A stretch of 63,822 bases of DNA, filler included, from Collodictyon triciliatum (Eukaryota), in the NCBI GenBank assembly GCA_043381765.1. It is 4 parts of 4 records of this genome, joined end to end, with 100 filler letters (N's around TTAATTAATTAA, not from the genome) between each part and the next. Parts side by side here need not be neighbours in the genome. Positions count along the whole stretch, not along the records: positions 1 to 18,261 come from JBHJMP010001384.1; positions 18,362 to 34,594 come from JBHJMP010001386.1; 2 more parts are not named here. The stretch is one strand, 5' to 3'. Positions 11,177-24,755 of this stretch are shown here, piece after piece. Below the pieces are notes generated by a model that saw only the letters and a program-made list of their open reading frames with translations, ran no database searches and had not been told where the DNA came from. Positions within the stretch are counted from its first letter, which is position 1; every line of letters starts with the position of its first letter. Made by a program: the position numbers and the translations under genes.

Positions 11177-14100
11177 TTATAAAATGTAATGGGTTACTTT
11201 TCGGATTCCGGCATAATTTACATAATTCGAACGGGCAAATATCTCCGCGCTCGCTAAAGAGAGTAAACAAAGACAGAATTAGGGATAAAAATTTTATGAA
11301 AGAAAATTTTAAAAAAAATTGACATAGTAATTGTACGATGGTATTGAATTATAAAGAGTTGGAAAGTAAAAATAAATAAAAGGGCGATTCGTAAACGCAT
11401 GGTTTAATTATGTTGTACTTCGCAGCGCTTTCTCCATGTACGAGCGGAGTTCATCAGGAATATATGTCTTGTTTGGAAGACGTGCACCATGCTCTCCAAG
11501 ATATAATATAATCTTAAAAGAATTAGATACGAGAAAATATACCCTAATCGATTTTTTGATAAAGAGGTTGATTTACGTAGCTTATAAATGCGTCTTACTT
11601 TGTCATTCTTCACTTCCAACGCATGGATAATAGGTGTTTTCCCATTTCGGTCTGGTAGATTTACATAAGCTCCATGTTCCACACACAAAACAACACATGC
11701 CTTTTTTTTTTTTTTAAGGACGTTAATGTTAGGATAAAAGGGTGAAAAATAATTAAATCAATATGTTATGCAACTCATAAATCCTTAAAAGAACCAGTCC
11801 ATTCAATAAACACAAGAGCACCACAGTAACCAATTACACATACACTGGAATTTTTCCGAATGGCCAGATGCAACGGTGTTTGTCCAACAGAATTGAGAAT
11901 ATTAGGGGCGACACCCTTAAATCGAAGAATATTAATTTCCAGTTTGCAAACGAGCCAGAATGAGCGAACATATAATGATGTTAAGGAATGATTGGACATT
12001 CACCCGGTAGAATAAGAGCTCGAGAATCTCGGCATTTCCACTCATCGCAGCGTGGTGTGCTGGTGTTTGTCCTTTAGGGTCGATGAATGTCTCGCAATCA
12101 TGAAGCGCTAGGTTTGCGATAGGCGTGGGATGCACAGACATGAATCCAAAACAAAATAGAATCAGAAATAGTCTCTAATTGACAATGTGAATTTCACATA
12201 ATGAAAATATGAATCAATTCTACCCATATAGTATTTGACAAAGTTGATGTCTGCCAGCGGACCACAGACATAAAATATCGGATGCATTTCTGGGTCGGGT
12301 TATTCCATATTTAAAGAATGAAATCATGTTGACGAACTCATTATAAACGCAAGCAAAAAGAAAGAAAATGAAAATAAAGGCATGTGCATCGGAAAATATA
12401 TATTTACTCTTCTGCTTGTATTGAGCATCCAGCCATGCACGGGTTGTGTTGTTTATTACATCAAGCCATTCTACAACCGCATCTTTTGGCTCTAATACAA
12501 GTGTACCCTTTGACTGCTCCAAAATTGTTGATATTTCTTGCGAATGGAAAGCAATTTGCCGAAACTCGCCTGATAGGTTTGCATCCGTTTTACTTTTAAC
12601 CATAATTAAAGCATTTATGACATAAAAACATCAGACTGTATATCTCCATACTATTTCAAATTCGACATACCTGATCCAGAATCTGATTGACCCGTCGGTT
12701 TAACGTGACTGTGGTCCAGAGGTATCAAAATTACATCGTCCTATACAAACCATGTAAATATGCGATGAATCAACAAATAACTTTCAATAATGAACTGAAC
12801 GTAAAATATTTATATTAATATATATTCTAGCTATTCGAAAAGTGTAGGGATCTTTCAATATTATTATTTTTTTTTTAAAAAAAAAAAGGAAAAGAAAGAA
12901 ATAAGAAGATCAAATTGTTACTTGGGCAAAGCCTTTCGGGAATGAAAAAATCATCACGTCGTTGCAAAGGTGGAGTGTCACCCGATAGACTTTTGTGGCA
13001 AACGTTCCCTTGGAGGTAGTTTCAAATTCTCCATAACGGATGCATCTCCGATGGGCAGCCAATATCTGATTTCGCATGAGAGCATATCAACAATTTGCAG
13101 AATTGGATGGTATTACACAAAGAAAATGTGCAAAAAGAAATTCAAATATCATACAACAATATTAGGATGGCTGTGCTGAATTTCCATCATTTTATTCAAG
13201 CTTTCTGCCTCTCGATTCTTTTCATTGATTATAGTAGCCACTTCACGAACTGAGTGGAATATTCGGGGGAAAAAAAAGGTAAGAAATGGTCAGATCAGAT
13301 ACTTCATCATTTGACTTTTAGTTCCATATATTCTATATATAAAAAAGACTGATTCCCTAAGATTGAATTATGTTTGGATGAATAAGCGATTGAAGAAAGA
13401 GAAGAAGAAAAAGAAGGTAGACATATGATGTTTTTTAAAGATAAAAATCGCACCTTGGTGAAGAGCCTTATCGAGGAGGGGATAATCAGGGTGATTAGAT
13501 GGTGTGAATTTAAGCATTTCCTATGTTGATATGTGTAAGTCAAAACACATGAAACCTCCGTAGTCTATTGAGAAACATTAAAAGAAAAGAAAATGAAGGT
13601 ATGGCTCGTCCATACGCGTAGCAGTAGCTCATATCGGGGCACTCTTTGGACAGGCATAATCAAATAAGAAGGGAGATCCATGAAGCCTTGGTCTCTAACT
13701 TTCTGCACGGTCATTTGAATCAAATTATCATTAAAACGATAACATGTCACGTTTTCACATAATTCTATATAAAAAAAAACCTTCATAAAGTTCTTGACAG
13801 GAGTTCTTCTCTAGATTAAGTCGTTTGTTTAATAATTTAGAAATTTGCTGCTCCAAAAGCATACTATTTCAAATGTTCTCAAAATGTAACTAATTGCTCT
13901 TGCTTTGAATCGAATAAAGGGAAAAAAAACTAATTGCTCTTGCAAAGGAAATGAATAACCTGAGCAGCAGATAAAAATGTGATCGACCTTTCATACTGAT
14001 TTACATATTCAGAGTGACACTTCAAGAAAGGACACTAATGTAATGGATTTTTTTTTTTTGTTGAGATAAAAATCACGAAAGATAACCGAATCATTTTAAT

Positions 14101-16328
14101 TTCGTTTTCGGGGCGCTAGTAGAATGGGAGAAATGCTTGTTTTATAAAAAAATTACATACCACATAACTAAAAATATCTCCCACGGTAGATGTATAATGC
14201 CATGTTTGCCACCGTTCTTTTAATTGTTTGTGGATGTTCTAAAGAAAATACGTTATTTTGAAGCAAAGAAGCAAAGAGGTGTTATGATGAAAAGGAGTGT
14301 GTCTTTTCGTATCACTGAAAAATAAAATAAAACGATAAACATGTATAGGCCGATAGAATGATGGATGTAGGGCTTACCTTGTGCAGGTTAATGATGATAT
14401 GTATATTGCGGGAAAATATAGCATCAATTTCTTCCTTTGAGAGATAAGAGCCGGGTTCCGAAAGAGGTTGGTGATAGACCTATAAACGTTTATTTGTATG
14501 TTTTGAGTTTGAAGAATACAGATTGTCACCTCTTTACAAATTTGCTGCTTTAGATTAAACAGCTTTGGGAACAAAGAGTGTTCATTGGGAAAGAATAGAC
14601 TTTCTAGGACAAAAACCTTCATCATGAGCGATAAATTGTCGATGTATGTTCCTTCTGTTGTGACGATTTCGTTCATGATGTTCTTTCGATATTTTGCGTC
14701 TAAATAGAGGAGAATGAATCAGCAAATGAATTCCCTATCGTTGAAAATATAAGAATTGAGAATGAATTTGTATTCATTTATTCAACTAAAGTCTTGGCAC
14801 AAAAGTATTAGATCATTTCAGTTATTACATATACTGAATCTAGGGAGGAAAAAGCATTGTATGATGTCAACATGTCTGTGTCAAATGTTTGCTATGGATG
14901 TTTTGCCATCAGTTGTCTACATACCAGCCTTCATTTTCTTGAACTTTCTTCTGGCAAACCAACCCCGGACAATTGCCTGGCACAATATCAAACTCTTTTT
15001 CATGGCGACTCTGTCCCACTTCTAAAAAGATGTAACACATACATCAATATTGGACACATAACGAATGACATTACACAAAGACACGTTTCAACCCGCACCA
15101 TGCACGGCCTTTACATAACGATGTGCCATATAGGGATGTCCTTTACCAGCCCCAGATTATCGATGGCATTGATTGTTGAGGAGGTCGATGGTTTCGAACG
15201 GTCATTGCGCCATACTGGCGTTGCAGGAGCAGGCTTTGCTGGGGCTGGCGCGTGAGCCAGAGAAACCGGGGCGGTCGGGATATTGGGCATCAACGGAATC
15301 ACTGACATGTTTGTGTTTGGAGTAGAAGTCGGGGGCTGCACAGGGACCCCACGAAAGCCCAGCGCATGGATCGTTGTGTTTGGCGTGAGTGGATTCCCAT
15401 GCGTTACAGCCATGGCTTGTTGGAGCGTTGGGGCAGGAATCGGCGCGACGCTGGCCACGTGAACGGGTGTGTTTTGAGCCGATGACGCTGAAACAGACGA
15501 GGCTGGTGAAGCGGACGAGACCGAGGTCGGAGTTGACCGCAATGGCGAAATGGTCATCATCACAGCGGTTGTCTGGACTTTTGGAAACTTGCGGACAGGT
15601 GTCTTGTCAGCAACGGTGCGCGGGCTGGTTGGCGGCTCTTTCATTCGGCGAATAGCTCGCTCAAAGTTGTCGCGAGCTTCTCGTGGTGAGAGCAGCGACT
15701 CTTCCTTTACGACAGTCGGCTCTGAGTGCACTGCGGGCTGAGCGGATGATACCGGGGTCTGAGCCTTGTCAACTGTTGAAGAATCAGGTGCGTAATTTTG
15801 CTGTTGAGACGGTAGATGGACAGATTCATCGGCAGACTTTGCTGGTGATGAGTTGGTTTCTATCTCAACCGCTGCTGCTGCTACTACTGTGATTGGGAAT
15901 GATTCTGCAGATGCATCGCAGATGCTGGGGTGGTTGTCTTGTGTGGAAGAGCTTTGGTCTTTGGAAGGGATCGATTCGCTCGATGAGTGGGTATTGACTT
16001 GTGCTGGATCTGCTGTCTCAAGCTGGATCGGATCAGTTTCCTCTGAGACGGAGAGAAGGCGGGCGGCCTTTTCAAGGGATGGGATCGACAATACGAGTGG
16101 ATCCAGCGGCTTTGACTCTTCTGCAATGTTGTCGGTCTCCAGCGTCAGACTCGCCAGATCGATTGCGTGGCGTGAGGCTTTGCGGCCGCCTTTGCGAGTC
16201 AGTGTGTTTGGCCGGGACACTGGGAGTTCATCCTTGTGTGTATCTGGCGAGTCGATTGGTGCAGAAGTGTTTTGCTTGGTGTCCTCTGGGAGCGGAATGG
16301 GTCGTTCGGATGGATCGGTCTCGTCCAT
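11177..16328 (-). CDS. RhoGEF with low-complexity N-terminus, IQ motif, DH-PH tandem and C-terminal ankyrin repeats
   Basis: IQ-like LCQAIVRGWFARRKFKKM; DH motifs NIMNEIVTTEGTYIDNL and DLPSYLIMPVQRVPRYELLLR; PH-like HRRCIRYGEF...VTLHLCNDVMIF; ANK motifs GQTPAHHAA, GQTPLHLAI and DRNGKTPIIHA. Confidence 0.88.
13888..13943 (+). mobile_element. Micro-insertion TTTGAATCGAATAAAGGG(A)n with 16-bp target-site duplication
   Basis: AACTAATTGCTCTTGC at 13888-13903 and again at 13928-13943 flanks the insert. Confidence 0.8.
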
Positions 16329-16491
16329 TTGCGCTGCTTGCGAGGGGAAAATAAAACTGTTTTATTGTTTATTTATTTATTTATTTGTTTGTTTGTTTGT
16401 TTGTTTGTTTGTTTGTTTGTTTGTTTGTTTGTTTGTTTGTTTGTTTGTTTGTTTGTTTGTTTGTNNNNNNNNNNNNNNNNNNNNNNNNNNN

Positions 16492-16548
<57 letters not shown>

Positions 16549-17693
16549 TTTTTTTTTTTTTTTTTAGTGAGGTACAAAGAATGAAAGAAGCGAAAGGAAA
16601 CTGTGATAGTGGCTGTAGAGCAAGTCGAAAAGTGGGAAAGGGCGGTTAATTTGGCACGAGCATAAGGTTGCTTTGGAAAAAGATTGTATTTCTCTTTGTT
16701 GTATTATGCGTTCCTCTCGTAATCAAGGCACTCCTTTGCACGGCTTTGACGAATGTCTTTAAGTTCGTCGTTTCATGTGGCGTGACCAGGCGTCGTGTTT
16801 GTCAAAGACAATCTATGTTTTGTTTCTGTTTGTTGTGTTATATGTGGGATTCACTAAGCAGCTTAGCGGACTCTACGGCTTGTGCGGCTAATTACTCTCC
16901 TTATCAAGCCGCGCAGCTTTGATCAGCGCTCTTCGTCTGATCTGTCATGGCTCTTATCGCTCTCACGGCTTTGCTTTCGCCGCTTGTTTTTCGGGATGAT
17001 CACTGATCCGTTTCCTGGTGGGTGCGATATTCAGGGAATTTTTTCAAATGCGGAACTTATGGCATTTTTTTGTCACTTTTCCATCACATCACCCCGCAAT
17101 GTAACGCAGAGCGGCCCTTGGAATCGCGAGTAGCAAATGATTAGATAGAATACTGCTACTAAATGTTCAGTTTCACTGCTATATCAAGAGTGTGAGGCTA
17201 TTCAGAAATTTATTTGTAGGAGAGGTTAGCAAAGAATTACCAGGCTTAAATGGATGTATGTAATTCCAACCCAACGGATGTGATGGTTGGGTTTGTGCAT
17301 ATCTTTCTGGCGCTGCATCATCGCACTTTATCATTCTTGTGTATTATTTCTTTGTTTATAAAATGAAGAAAAGAAAACAATTGTTCATTACTACAACCGT
17401 TGTTCATCTACCAAGACAACTAATATCTTGAAAAGAACGGAAAGGGTACAACTAAATGTTGACTGAAAAAATTGATTGTATCCTTGTTGCGAGTGAACAT
17501 TATTTGGCCGAGTGCTATTTTTTTCTGTGGCTCTTCATGTGTCAAGGTTTTTTTTTTTACAAAGGCTATTCGAATCCACCCACTTCATAGCCGTATTTTG
17601 TACTTGCTTCAGCAGGATTAGAAGAGTGCACAATCGTTCTCTTCGCATCGATAAGTATGGCTATGTAGTGTCTTGTGAGGCAGACTATGAAGA

Positions 17694-18036
17694 TTTTTTT
17701 ATTGTACCTTTCAATTTTGTGCAGGATGGTGGAGATGCTGGCTTTGGTTCGCTAGCCATCGTTTGCAAGGGCGCTACTTTGTGGCCAGATGGCGGAGAAG
17801 AAGTCGGTAAACAGGAATTGTACCCCGCGGTTTGGCCAGTAGCCTGCGTCTTGTGCTTGCATGAGAGATACAAGGCGAGGTTGAATCTATCTTTCTCAGC
17901 CTCTTTCGACATTTCTTTTCTCGCAGGGTCTGAGTAGTAGAGAACATGCAGGTGGCGAAGAAAGCTATTGAGGAAAGAGATTTGTATGATGCCATCCAGC
18001 CTGTTATCAGGAATGGGTGGTTGATTGTTGAATCTT
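17694..18036 (-). mobile_element. Degenerate 5'-truncated non-LTR retrotransposon 3' end (copy 1)
   Basis: Colinear nucleotide similarity to 61830-62175; ends in AATAAA plus an A-tail on the minus strand. Confidence 0.8.
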
Positions 18037-18155
18037 GATGAAATGCTCGGAAGATGAAAAAGTTGTTTGAAAAAGGAAAAATATTACGAGAAAAGGTTAT
18101 TGTTTTAGAAAAAAACAACGCTTTAATTGCTCCTCAAGTACACTTCTTTTTGTGT

Positions 18156-18261
18156 GTATGTATGTATGTATGTATGTATGTATGTATGTATGTATGTATG
18201 TATGTATGTATGTATGTATGTATGTATGTATGTATGTATGTATGTATGTATGTATGTATGT
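18156..18261. repeat. (TATG)n microsatellite abutting a gap
   Basis: Tetranucleotide run. Confidence 0.95.
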
Positions 18262-18401
18262 NNNNNNNNNNNNNNNNNNNNNNNNNNNNNNNNNNNNNNN
18301 NNNNNTTAATTAATTAANNNNNNNNNNNNNNNNNNNNNNNNNNNNNNNNNNNNNNNNNNNNAAAAAAAACAAACACCCCCAAAAATTTTTTTGTTAAAAC
18401 C

Positions 18402-18451
<50 letters not shown>

Positions 18452-18517
18452 CATTTTCCTTCATGCGAATGTAACCATCTTGATTGACACAAGAAAAAAT
18501 TTATCAATACATGACAG

Positions 18518-18669
18518 TTGTTATCCCCAAGACGACAAATGAGGGGCGATTGAGAGAGAACGCAGCAATATTTGACTTTGAGTTGAGTCTTCGGCAAATG
18601 ACTGAGCTCAACAACATCGGCACCCATCAAAACATTCGATGTTGTTGGAATCCTGAGACTGTTCTATAA
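18518..18669 (+). CDS. Aldo-keto reductase, last exon only (rest presumably in the gap)
   Basis: After a CAG acceptor: VIPKTTNEGRLRENAAIFDFELSLRQMTELNNI...WNP, matching the AKR IPKS..RI.EN...FDF.LS motif. Confidence 0.85.
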
Positions 18670-18869
18670 GAACTTGTAGGGAACCCCCCGAAAGTCAAGA
18701 TTAAAAAAAAAATTCTAGATGGAGCCTGAGGAAGGAAAGGGAAAAAATCCCTTCGTATGCAATTACGAATCTATAAAATAAAATAAAAATATATACATTT
18801 GCATTAAGGTATTCGATTGTAAAATATCACACCAAATTCCATAATAGTGTCGTTTTTCATTCGGGTTCT

Positions 18870-18924
18870 AGCTGTTAGCTTATTTTTTTTCCTTTATTCG
18901 ATTCAAAGCTGTTAGCTTATTTTG
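18870..18924 (-). mobile_element. Micro-insertion of the same family with a target-site duplication
   Basis: AGCTGTTAGCTTATTTTT on both sides of TTTCCTTTATTCGATTCAA. Confidence 0.8.
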
Positions 18925-18967
18925 ATTTTTTGTAATGTGATATGATAATTATTGAGTAATATCAGTT

Positions 18968-19143
18968 ATTGTTATTATTGTTGTTATTGTCATTGTTATT
19001 GTTATTGTCATTTTTATTGTCATTTTTATTGTCATTTTTATTGTCATTTTTATTGTCATTTTTATTGTCATTTTTATTGTCATTTTTATTGTCATTTTTA
19101 TTGTCATTGTTATTGTCATTGTTATTGTTATTGTGATTATTGT
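18968..19143. repeat. (TGTCATTTTTAT)n-type minisatellite
   Basis: Tandem 12-mer with degenerate edges. Confidence 0.9.
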
Positions 19144-19400
19144 TGAATGAATCGGCTGAGAGAAAAGAATATGGAAATGTTTATCTGGTGGATAAGAGGA
19201 AACCACGATGTTTGAATGACAGTATCGAGAATGTCCTTAGGAGAGTGAAAAAAAAATAAAGAAACGAGCAAGATTGAAGAAAAGGCAAGCTGGACAACAT
19301 GAGGCGCGCAATTATTACAAGCACCAAAAGAATTTTCTCGTAATATGAAATTAAGGCGTTCTACTCAGTACCTGCATTCAAAGCAAGTGAATAGAAAAGA

Positions 19401-21007
19401 CTAGCAGCAGCCTCTCTCTGGCTCTGCTGAGCTTGTACTGACCCGCACAGATGACTGCTTTGATGGTGCTCGCTTTTTAATTTGCACAGCTCTATCTACA
19501 ATCATTTCCCAAAGTTGTTCGCAACCCTCTCCTGTTTTCACACTTATTTCGGTGTAAGGGACTTTCATTTCTTGCGCGCAGTCTCTCGCAGAACTAAAAT
19601 CAACCACCTATGAAAAACATATCATTTTTATTGTTGTGGGGACATTGCAAAAATGAAACGAAGGATAATACTTATTGCTATTTCGAAAAAAGTATTCATA
19701 TATAATAATAGATAAATCTACTGATTTAAGAATATTTTCGATGCAAATATGATATCTTTTTGTGTATATTGTATGGAAAAAAAAACATATTTTTACCCTC
19801 TCTTGATCAATCTTATTTCCGACCATAACTATGGCGATATTTTCCTCACCAAAGTAATTTTTTACGTCCTGAACCCATGGCCGTAGTTCTTTTGAAATAA
19901 TAATCCAACATCGACTTTAAATATCAAGCTTCAGCGAATGCCCATATCAATCATAGAGAAATGCGCATATCGACATTTTTTTTCAGGATGAGTTGCCATT
20001 TTGATTTAATTACTGGTATGAATGGATCATTAAATGCACATATTAAGGCCGGATATGAGGCGCATACCATAGAACGACCCCATATCGGTGACATCATACA
20101 TCAGTAAAACAGCGTTTCCATTTCGAAAGTAATCTAGAGGTGATTGCGATTATTTTCATGCAGCATGTGTGGTACGCTTTATTCATATAATAAAATGCAA
20201 GAAGGGGAAAAAGGCATCTATTTCTTACTTGCAGTGACCGAACGGAACTTTTCCTCTCCTGCAGTGTCCCATAGTTGGAGTCGATAGTTTTGGTTTTTGA
20301 AACTGTAGACTCTTTCGAACATGTCCGCGCTGGAAAAGTAAATGAGGAATCATGAATGCATTTCATGGTGTAGTATCTATATAATCCTTCTTCATTCGAA
20401 TAATATATGTATGAGCATGTGGATTTGAGCATGTGATTTCTTAAAATAAAAAAGGCTTGGTATTACAAGTATATTTATTACTGATATTGTAAATATTAGT
20501 GGATAATTGGATTTCATTCGCACATAAGTCATTTGTGTCATATGACTTATCCAACATTCACCGATTTTATCAAGAAAAAATAACCACATTTTACAGTTTC
20601 ACTACTGACCCTATTGTTGTACTGGTTTTTTCAGGCGAGCTGCCTTTAATGAAGCGGTGCAGAACAGAAGTTTTCCCCACGCCTATGGAAATATAGGGCA
20701 TGTCAGACAATATACTTTAAAATATTGCATACATATTCTCACTGCGTCATATCCTGCTTTAAAAAAAAAAACGAAAATAAAGAAAAATCTGCCTGTTATT
20801 GATGTGATATCTCGTTAGTCTCCAGAGAGAGAGAAAAGAAAATACTGGAATTATGACCATAACTTGCAACGGGGAAAGAGCAAGAGAAATAATATAACCC
20901 TTTGGAAAGAAAAGAGTGGAGACTGAAAAGATCGACTTGCCTGCATTCCCAATCATGATTACTTTCAGGGTGCGTTCATAAGGGATTTGGCTAAGCCTTG
21001 CGTCCAT
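19401..21007 (-). CDS. Rab-family small GTPase (divergent), 6 exons
   Basis: KVIMIGNAGVGKTS (G1), STTIG (G2), LQLWDTAGEEKFRSVT (G3 and RabF motifs), VGNKID (G4), EISVKT (G5) and a C-terminal CC prenylation motif. Confidence 0.93.
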
Positions 21008-21028
21008 CGGCCTTCTGGTAAGTGTGCT

Positions 21029-21115
21029 GTTTTTGTTTTGTTTTGTTTTGTTTTGTTTTGTTTTGTTTTGTTTTGTTTTGTTTTGTTTTGTTTTGTTTTG
21101 TTTTGTTTTGTTTTG

Positions 21116-21146
<31 letters not shown>
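21029..21146. repeat. (GTTTT)n microsatellite just upstream of the Rab start
   Basis: Pentanucleotide run. Confidence 0.95.
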
Positions 21147-22410
21147 CCTTAAAGTGGGTTTCTTTATTTCGTTTCTTTGTATATGATTTGTCCGATACTC
21201 TCTCTCTCTCAATTGTGCTTTAACTATGATTTACCGAGGCACTGGATAGATTTCTCTTCCTTCAAAGGAAAAAAAGAAAAGAATGAATGTATGTGCGTAT
21301 GAAATGATACCACGAATTATTGTTCAGCGTTGATGTGATCATATTGGACTTTGGCTGCGTGCGACAACCCGATCAACAAAGACACATCCCGTTTGGCTGC
21401 AAATGGTATGAATAAAAATATTTGATATTGTTTTGGAAAATAAAAAGTCTGGTGTATTTCTCTGACATTGAGCTGCCAAGTTTGTCAAAATAGCATTAAT
21501 ATAAGATATCAATAACTACATACTGTAATCTATTGCGATATGACGCAATCCCCGCCAGACTTACTGGCAAGTGGTCAGGTTACTGCTAACTTGCATGAAA
21601 AATCAAGTGTCTGGTTCAAAAGGTTGGATGAATCACAACAACATTTGCTTAGTGCAGCTTTGGCGAGAGTAATTCAGTATCATCAATTGTTTGGACTTTT
21701 ATGTTTTGATTTCTCATAGGTTGGCTCCATTATGAGATAATCACGGTGGTGGTTCTCAGGAGCTTTAAAGAGAGACATTATGGAATCACTCTCTCGGGCT
21801 GAATAATCTAATAAATTGCTTGGAGGAGCCTTCTGTGAAAGAAGATAACATCATTCAATCTCATAGAGCCCTGCCGTGTAATTGGGGCAAGCGCAATGCG
21901 CACTGATTCGATGAGAGAAAACAAAATAATATACCTCCGTCTTCATTACATCAAATTGGCACAAGAAAGTATGCTTTTTTTTTCTTTTTTTTACAGCTTT
22001 TGATGTTTGTTCTTTGCGCGATACCGCAAAATATTCTAATTAAAGTATTTGCCTACTGTCTATAGGAATAGGGGCAAAATAAAAGTCCCAACGACATCAT
22101 ATGTATGCAATACCCATATATAAATAATTTCTTTGAAAAGGAGCGCTCAGATGTGGATATTTTCTTAACATGGTATGAATGATTTATTTCCCCAACGGCC
22201 TTGTATCTGATCTAACGTCACCTCTCATCCCCTCCAGTTCGATCCTTGTGCCAAAGTCCGAGGGAGAATACCAAAGAGTCGAAATCACCGCAGCAGGTAG
22301 GTGCCGTCCTAAAAGCACCCAGGAATATCAGACGATCACCGAGACTTGCGACATCCAAGCATCACTAAACAAGTCATATCACCACAAAACATAGGAATCC
22401 ACTCGTTGCT

Positions 22411-24755
22411 ATGGCGGACGAAAGCCAAAGTCCCACCAAGCAGCCGGACTGCCACAACAGCACAAACCCTGCAGCAGAGACGCAGGCGATCACTCCAGTG
22501 GACGCCTTCATCAACGAGTCTCTGGGACATCTGCGACACGCCGCTACTCATGATGCAAACGTGGCTTGGATCGTGACTGCCCTCCCTTCAAAACACCCAA
22601 ACGGCGAGCAGATCTATGGCTTTCGCATTATCCCAAACCCCGAGACTGCCCCGGAGGTGATTGCCTCAGCCGAGCCGCATGTCCCGACAGAAACCCCGGC
22701 CCAGGCGCAAACCAGGCAAAGGAAACACACAGAACTTTGCCGCCTTCATTTGGTGCATCACAATTGCCAGTTTGAGTCGGACTGCTGGTTTGCTCACGGT
22801 AATCCTCTCCCTTTTTTTTTTCTTCTTCTACCTCTTCTTATATCTCTTATTGTTGCTTGGTTCATCCCAGCGATATTGTCCACTACCATTATTCAAACTT
22901 CAATACATTCACGTGTGAAAAAAAAAACTCACTGGGAACCACTCTACGATCGCTGCAAGATGTTACTCATGTGTTCAACTCTTGATACTTATCATTTAAG
23001 CTATTAATTTTTGTAAACATGTCTCGAGTTTTATTTATGAAAAATTAACGAATCTCGTAAATGATTTTTCTTTTTTCTTTTTTCTTTTTTCTTTTTTCTC
23101 TAGGAATCAATGAACTGCGTCCAATCATTCGCAGTGGTCGCTACAAAACCCGCCCGTGTCGCACGTTCGCCCGTTCACAAAAGTGTCGGTATGGAACTCG
23201 ATGCCATTACATCCACGAGCTTTCTGCGGAAGATCTTGTTAGGCAAACATTTACACTCTCTGAAATTATCTCGGAGGACCAGCATTCTGTCAGTCATATG
23301 ATTCTGGCTGGCGATGGGCAACCACAATCCCCTGACCAAGGCTCAAGCAACGAGAACGGATTGTACATTGTTGCTGGAGTAGATGGAGACAAGGAAAATC
23401 AAGAAGACAAAGGAAAGGACAAGGACCAGAGGCGTAGCTCCCGAACCTCTTCGACCCTTGAGTCGCCCGAGGCAGGGTCTCCCACAACAACCGCATCTGA
23501 CCTCAGTTTCATCTCACCTAAACCCATCCGTGAACTCCCCATGCGTTCTCCTTGGAGTCTGAACAAGATCAACCCCAATCGCCAAGGCCGTCGGCCTTCA
23601 TATCCTCCAGCATCTGTCCCTAACTCCAGAAAGCATCAATCCGATGTTCTGATTCAACATACATTGAAACCTGACCCTACAAAGACATTCGCCCCAATCC
23701 AACCCCAATTCAAAGTCAATACCACCTCAGCAAACCAACAACAACCACAGCAGCAGCAGGCTACATACTCTTCAGAATGGTCAAATTCATACTGGCAGCC
23801 CACTCACACGGCTACTTTGCAGCCAAATCACAGTGTCCATTATGGTCCCTCGAGCAATTCATATCTGCAACCAACCCCGGGCACAAATTACACTTCCATT
23901 CATCATGGAAACCCTTTACCTCAGATGTCACATGCCCAATCACCCTCGTCATACAGCCCTCCTCAGTATTTCGATCAAAGTCAGCTCAACTCTCATGTAT
24001 CCCAAGATTCTTTATCACAAGGGTATCCTAACTCGATGGTGCATGGGTCAAAGACCAATTACCAACCGGTTTCCGGTTATCCCTCTGGCAATCATTACGA
24101 CCATCGCCGTTCCCAATATTCTGCGTTTACTCAGCAGACTCTAAGGCCACAATCGCGCTCTGCAGCCTCCATGCCTCATCCTTTTACATCCAACATCACC
24201 CCCAGCATCGATGAGCTGTCTGAAGACATGCACAACATGGGTCTTGACCACCAATACCCTGAAGTTGCACCTTATGATGACTTCCGACTAAACCCAGAAG
24301 ACTCTTATGAAGAGCATTCCAGAACAACTAGCCATATTCCCCCTCACATACACCAACAAGTGAAATCTCACTTTCAATCTTCGAATTCTCTCTTTCCAAG
24401 CACTCATCAAAAGTATCCTTTGGGCCAATCACAACATACTCGTCACCATCAACCTCTTATACATGGAAGCTTCAAACATTACTGGGACGCTCAACATCAT
24501 CACCCAGTGCACCAACGGAATCCAATCAGGAGGGCCTCAGACTCGTCAGTCCCTGAACTGTCATGGAGCTCCTTCTTCAATGTTGAAAATTCCTATAGAC
24601 CGGACATATGGTCCCCTGCGACGTCTCATCATTCTCTTCTGACTTCTGACATATCCAGCCCTGAGAGCTCTCATTCCACACCTCAACCGCTTCCAGAGAC
24701 TAATCAAACGTTCATTCCAAAAGTGCCAAACACTCAAGGATCTTTGTGGGATTGA
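22411..24755 (+). CDS. TTP/TIS11 (ZFP36)-type tandem CCCH zinc-finger RNA-binding protein (exons 22411-22798, 23104-24755)
   Basis: Two C-x8-C-x5-C-x3-H fingers (RKHTELC...FAH and RYKTRPC...YIH) joined by the canonical 18-aa linker; long S/H/Q/P-rich tail. Confidence 0.9.

Noticed and set aside
16881-16915. 9-bp hairpin TGTGCGGCT...AGCCGCGCA
   Set aside because: An isolated short stem is expected by chance, and no ncRNA hallmark was seen.
18306-18317. TTAATTAATTAA palindrome inside N runs (also 34639-34650 and 56486-56497)
   Set aside because: An identical 12-mer with stops in all six frames centred in 100-nt gaps is a scaffolding spacer, not biology. Adjacency across these gaps is uncertain, and the AKR, myotubularin-like and TPR genes are truncated by them.
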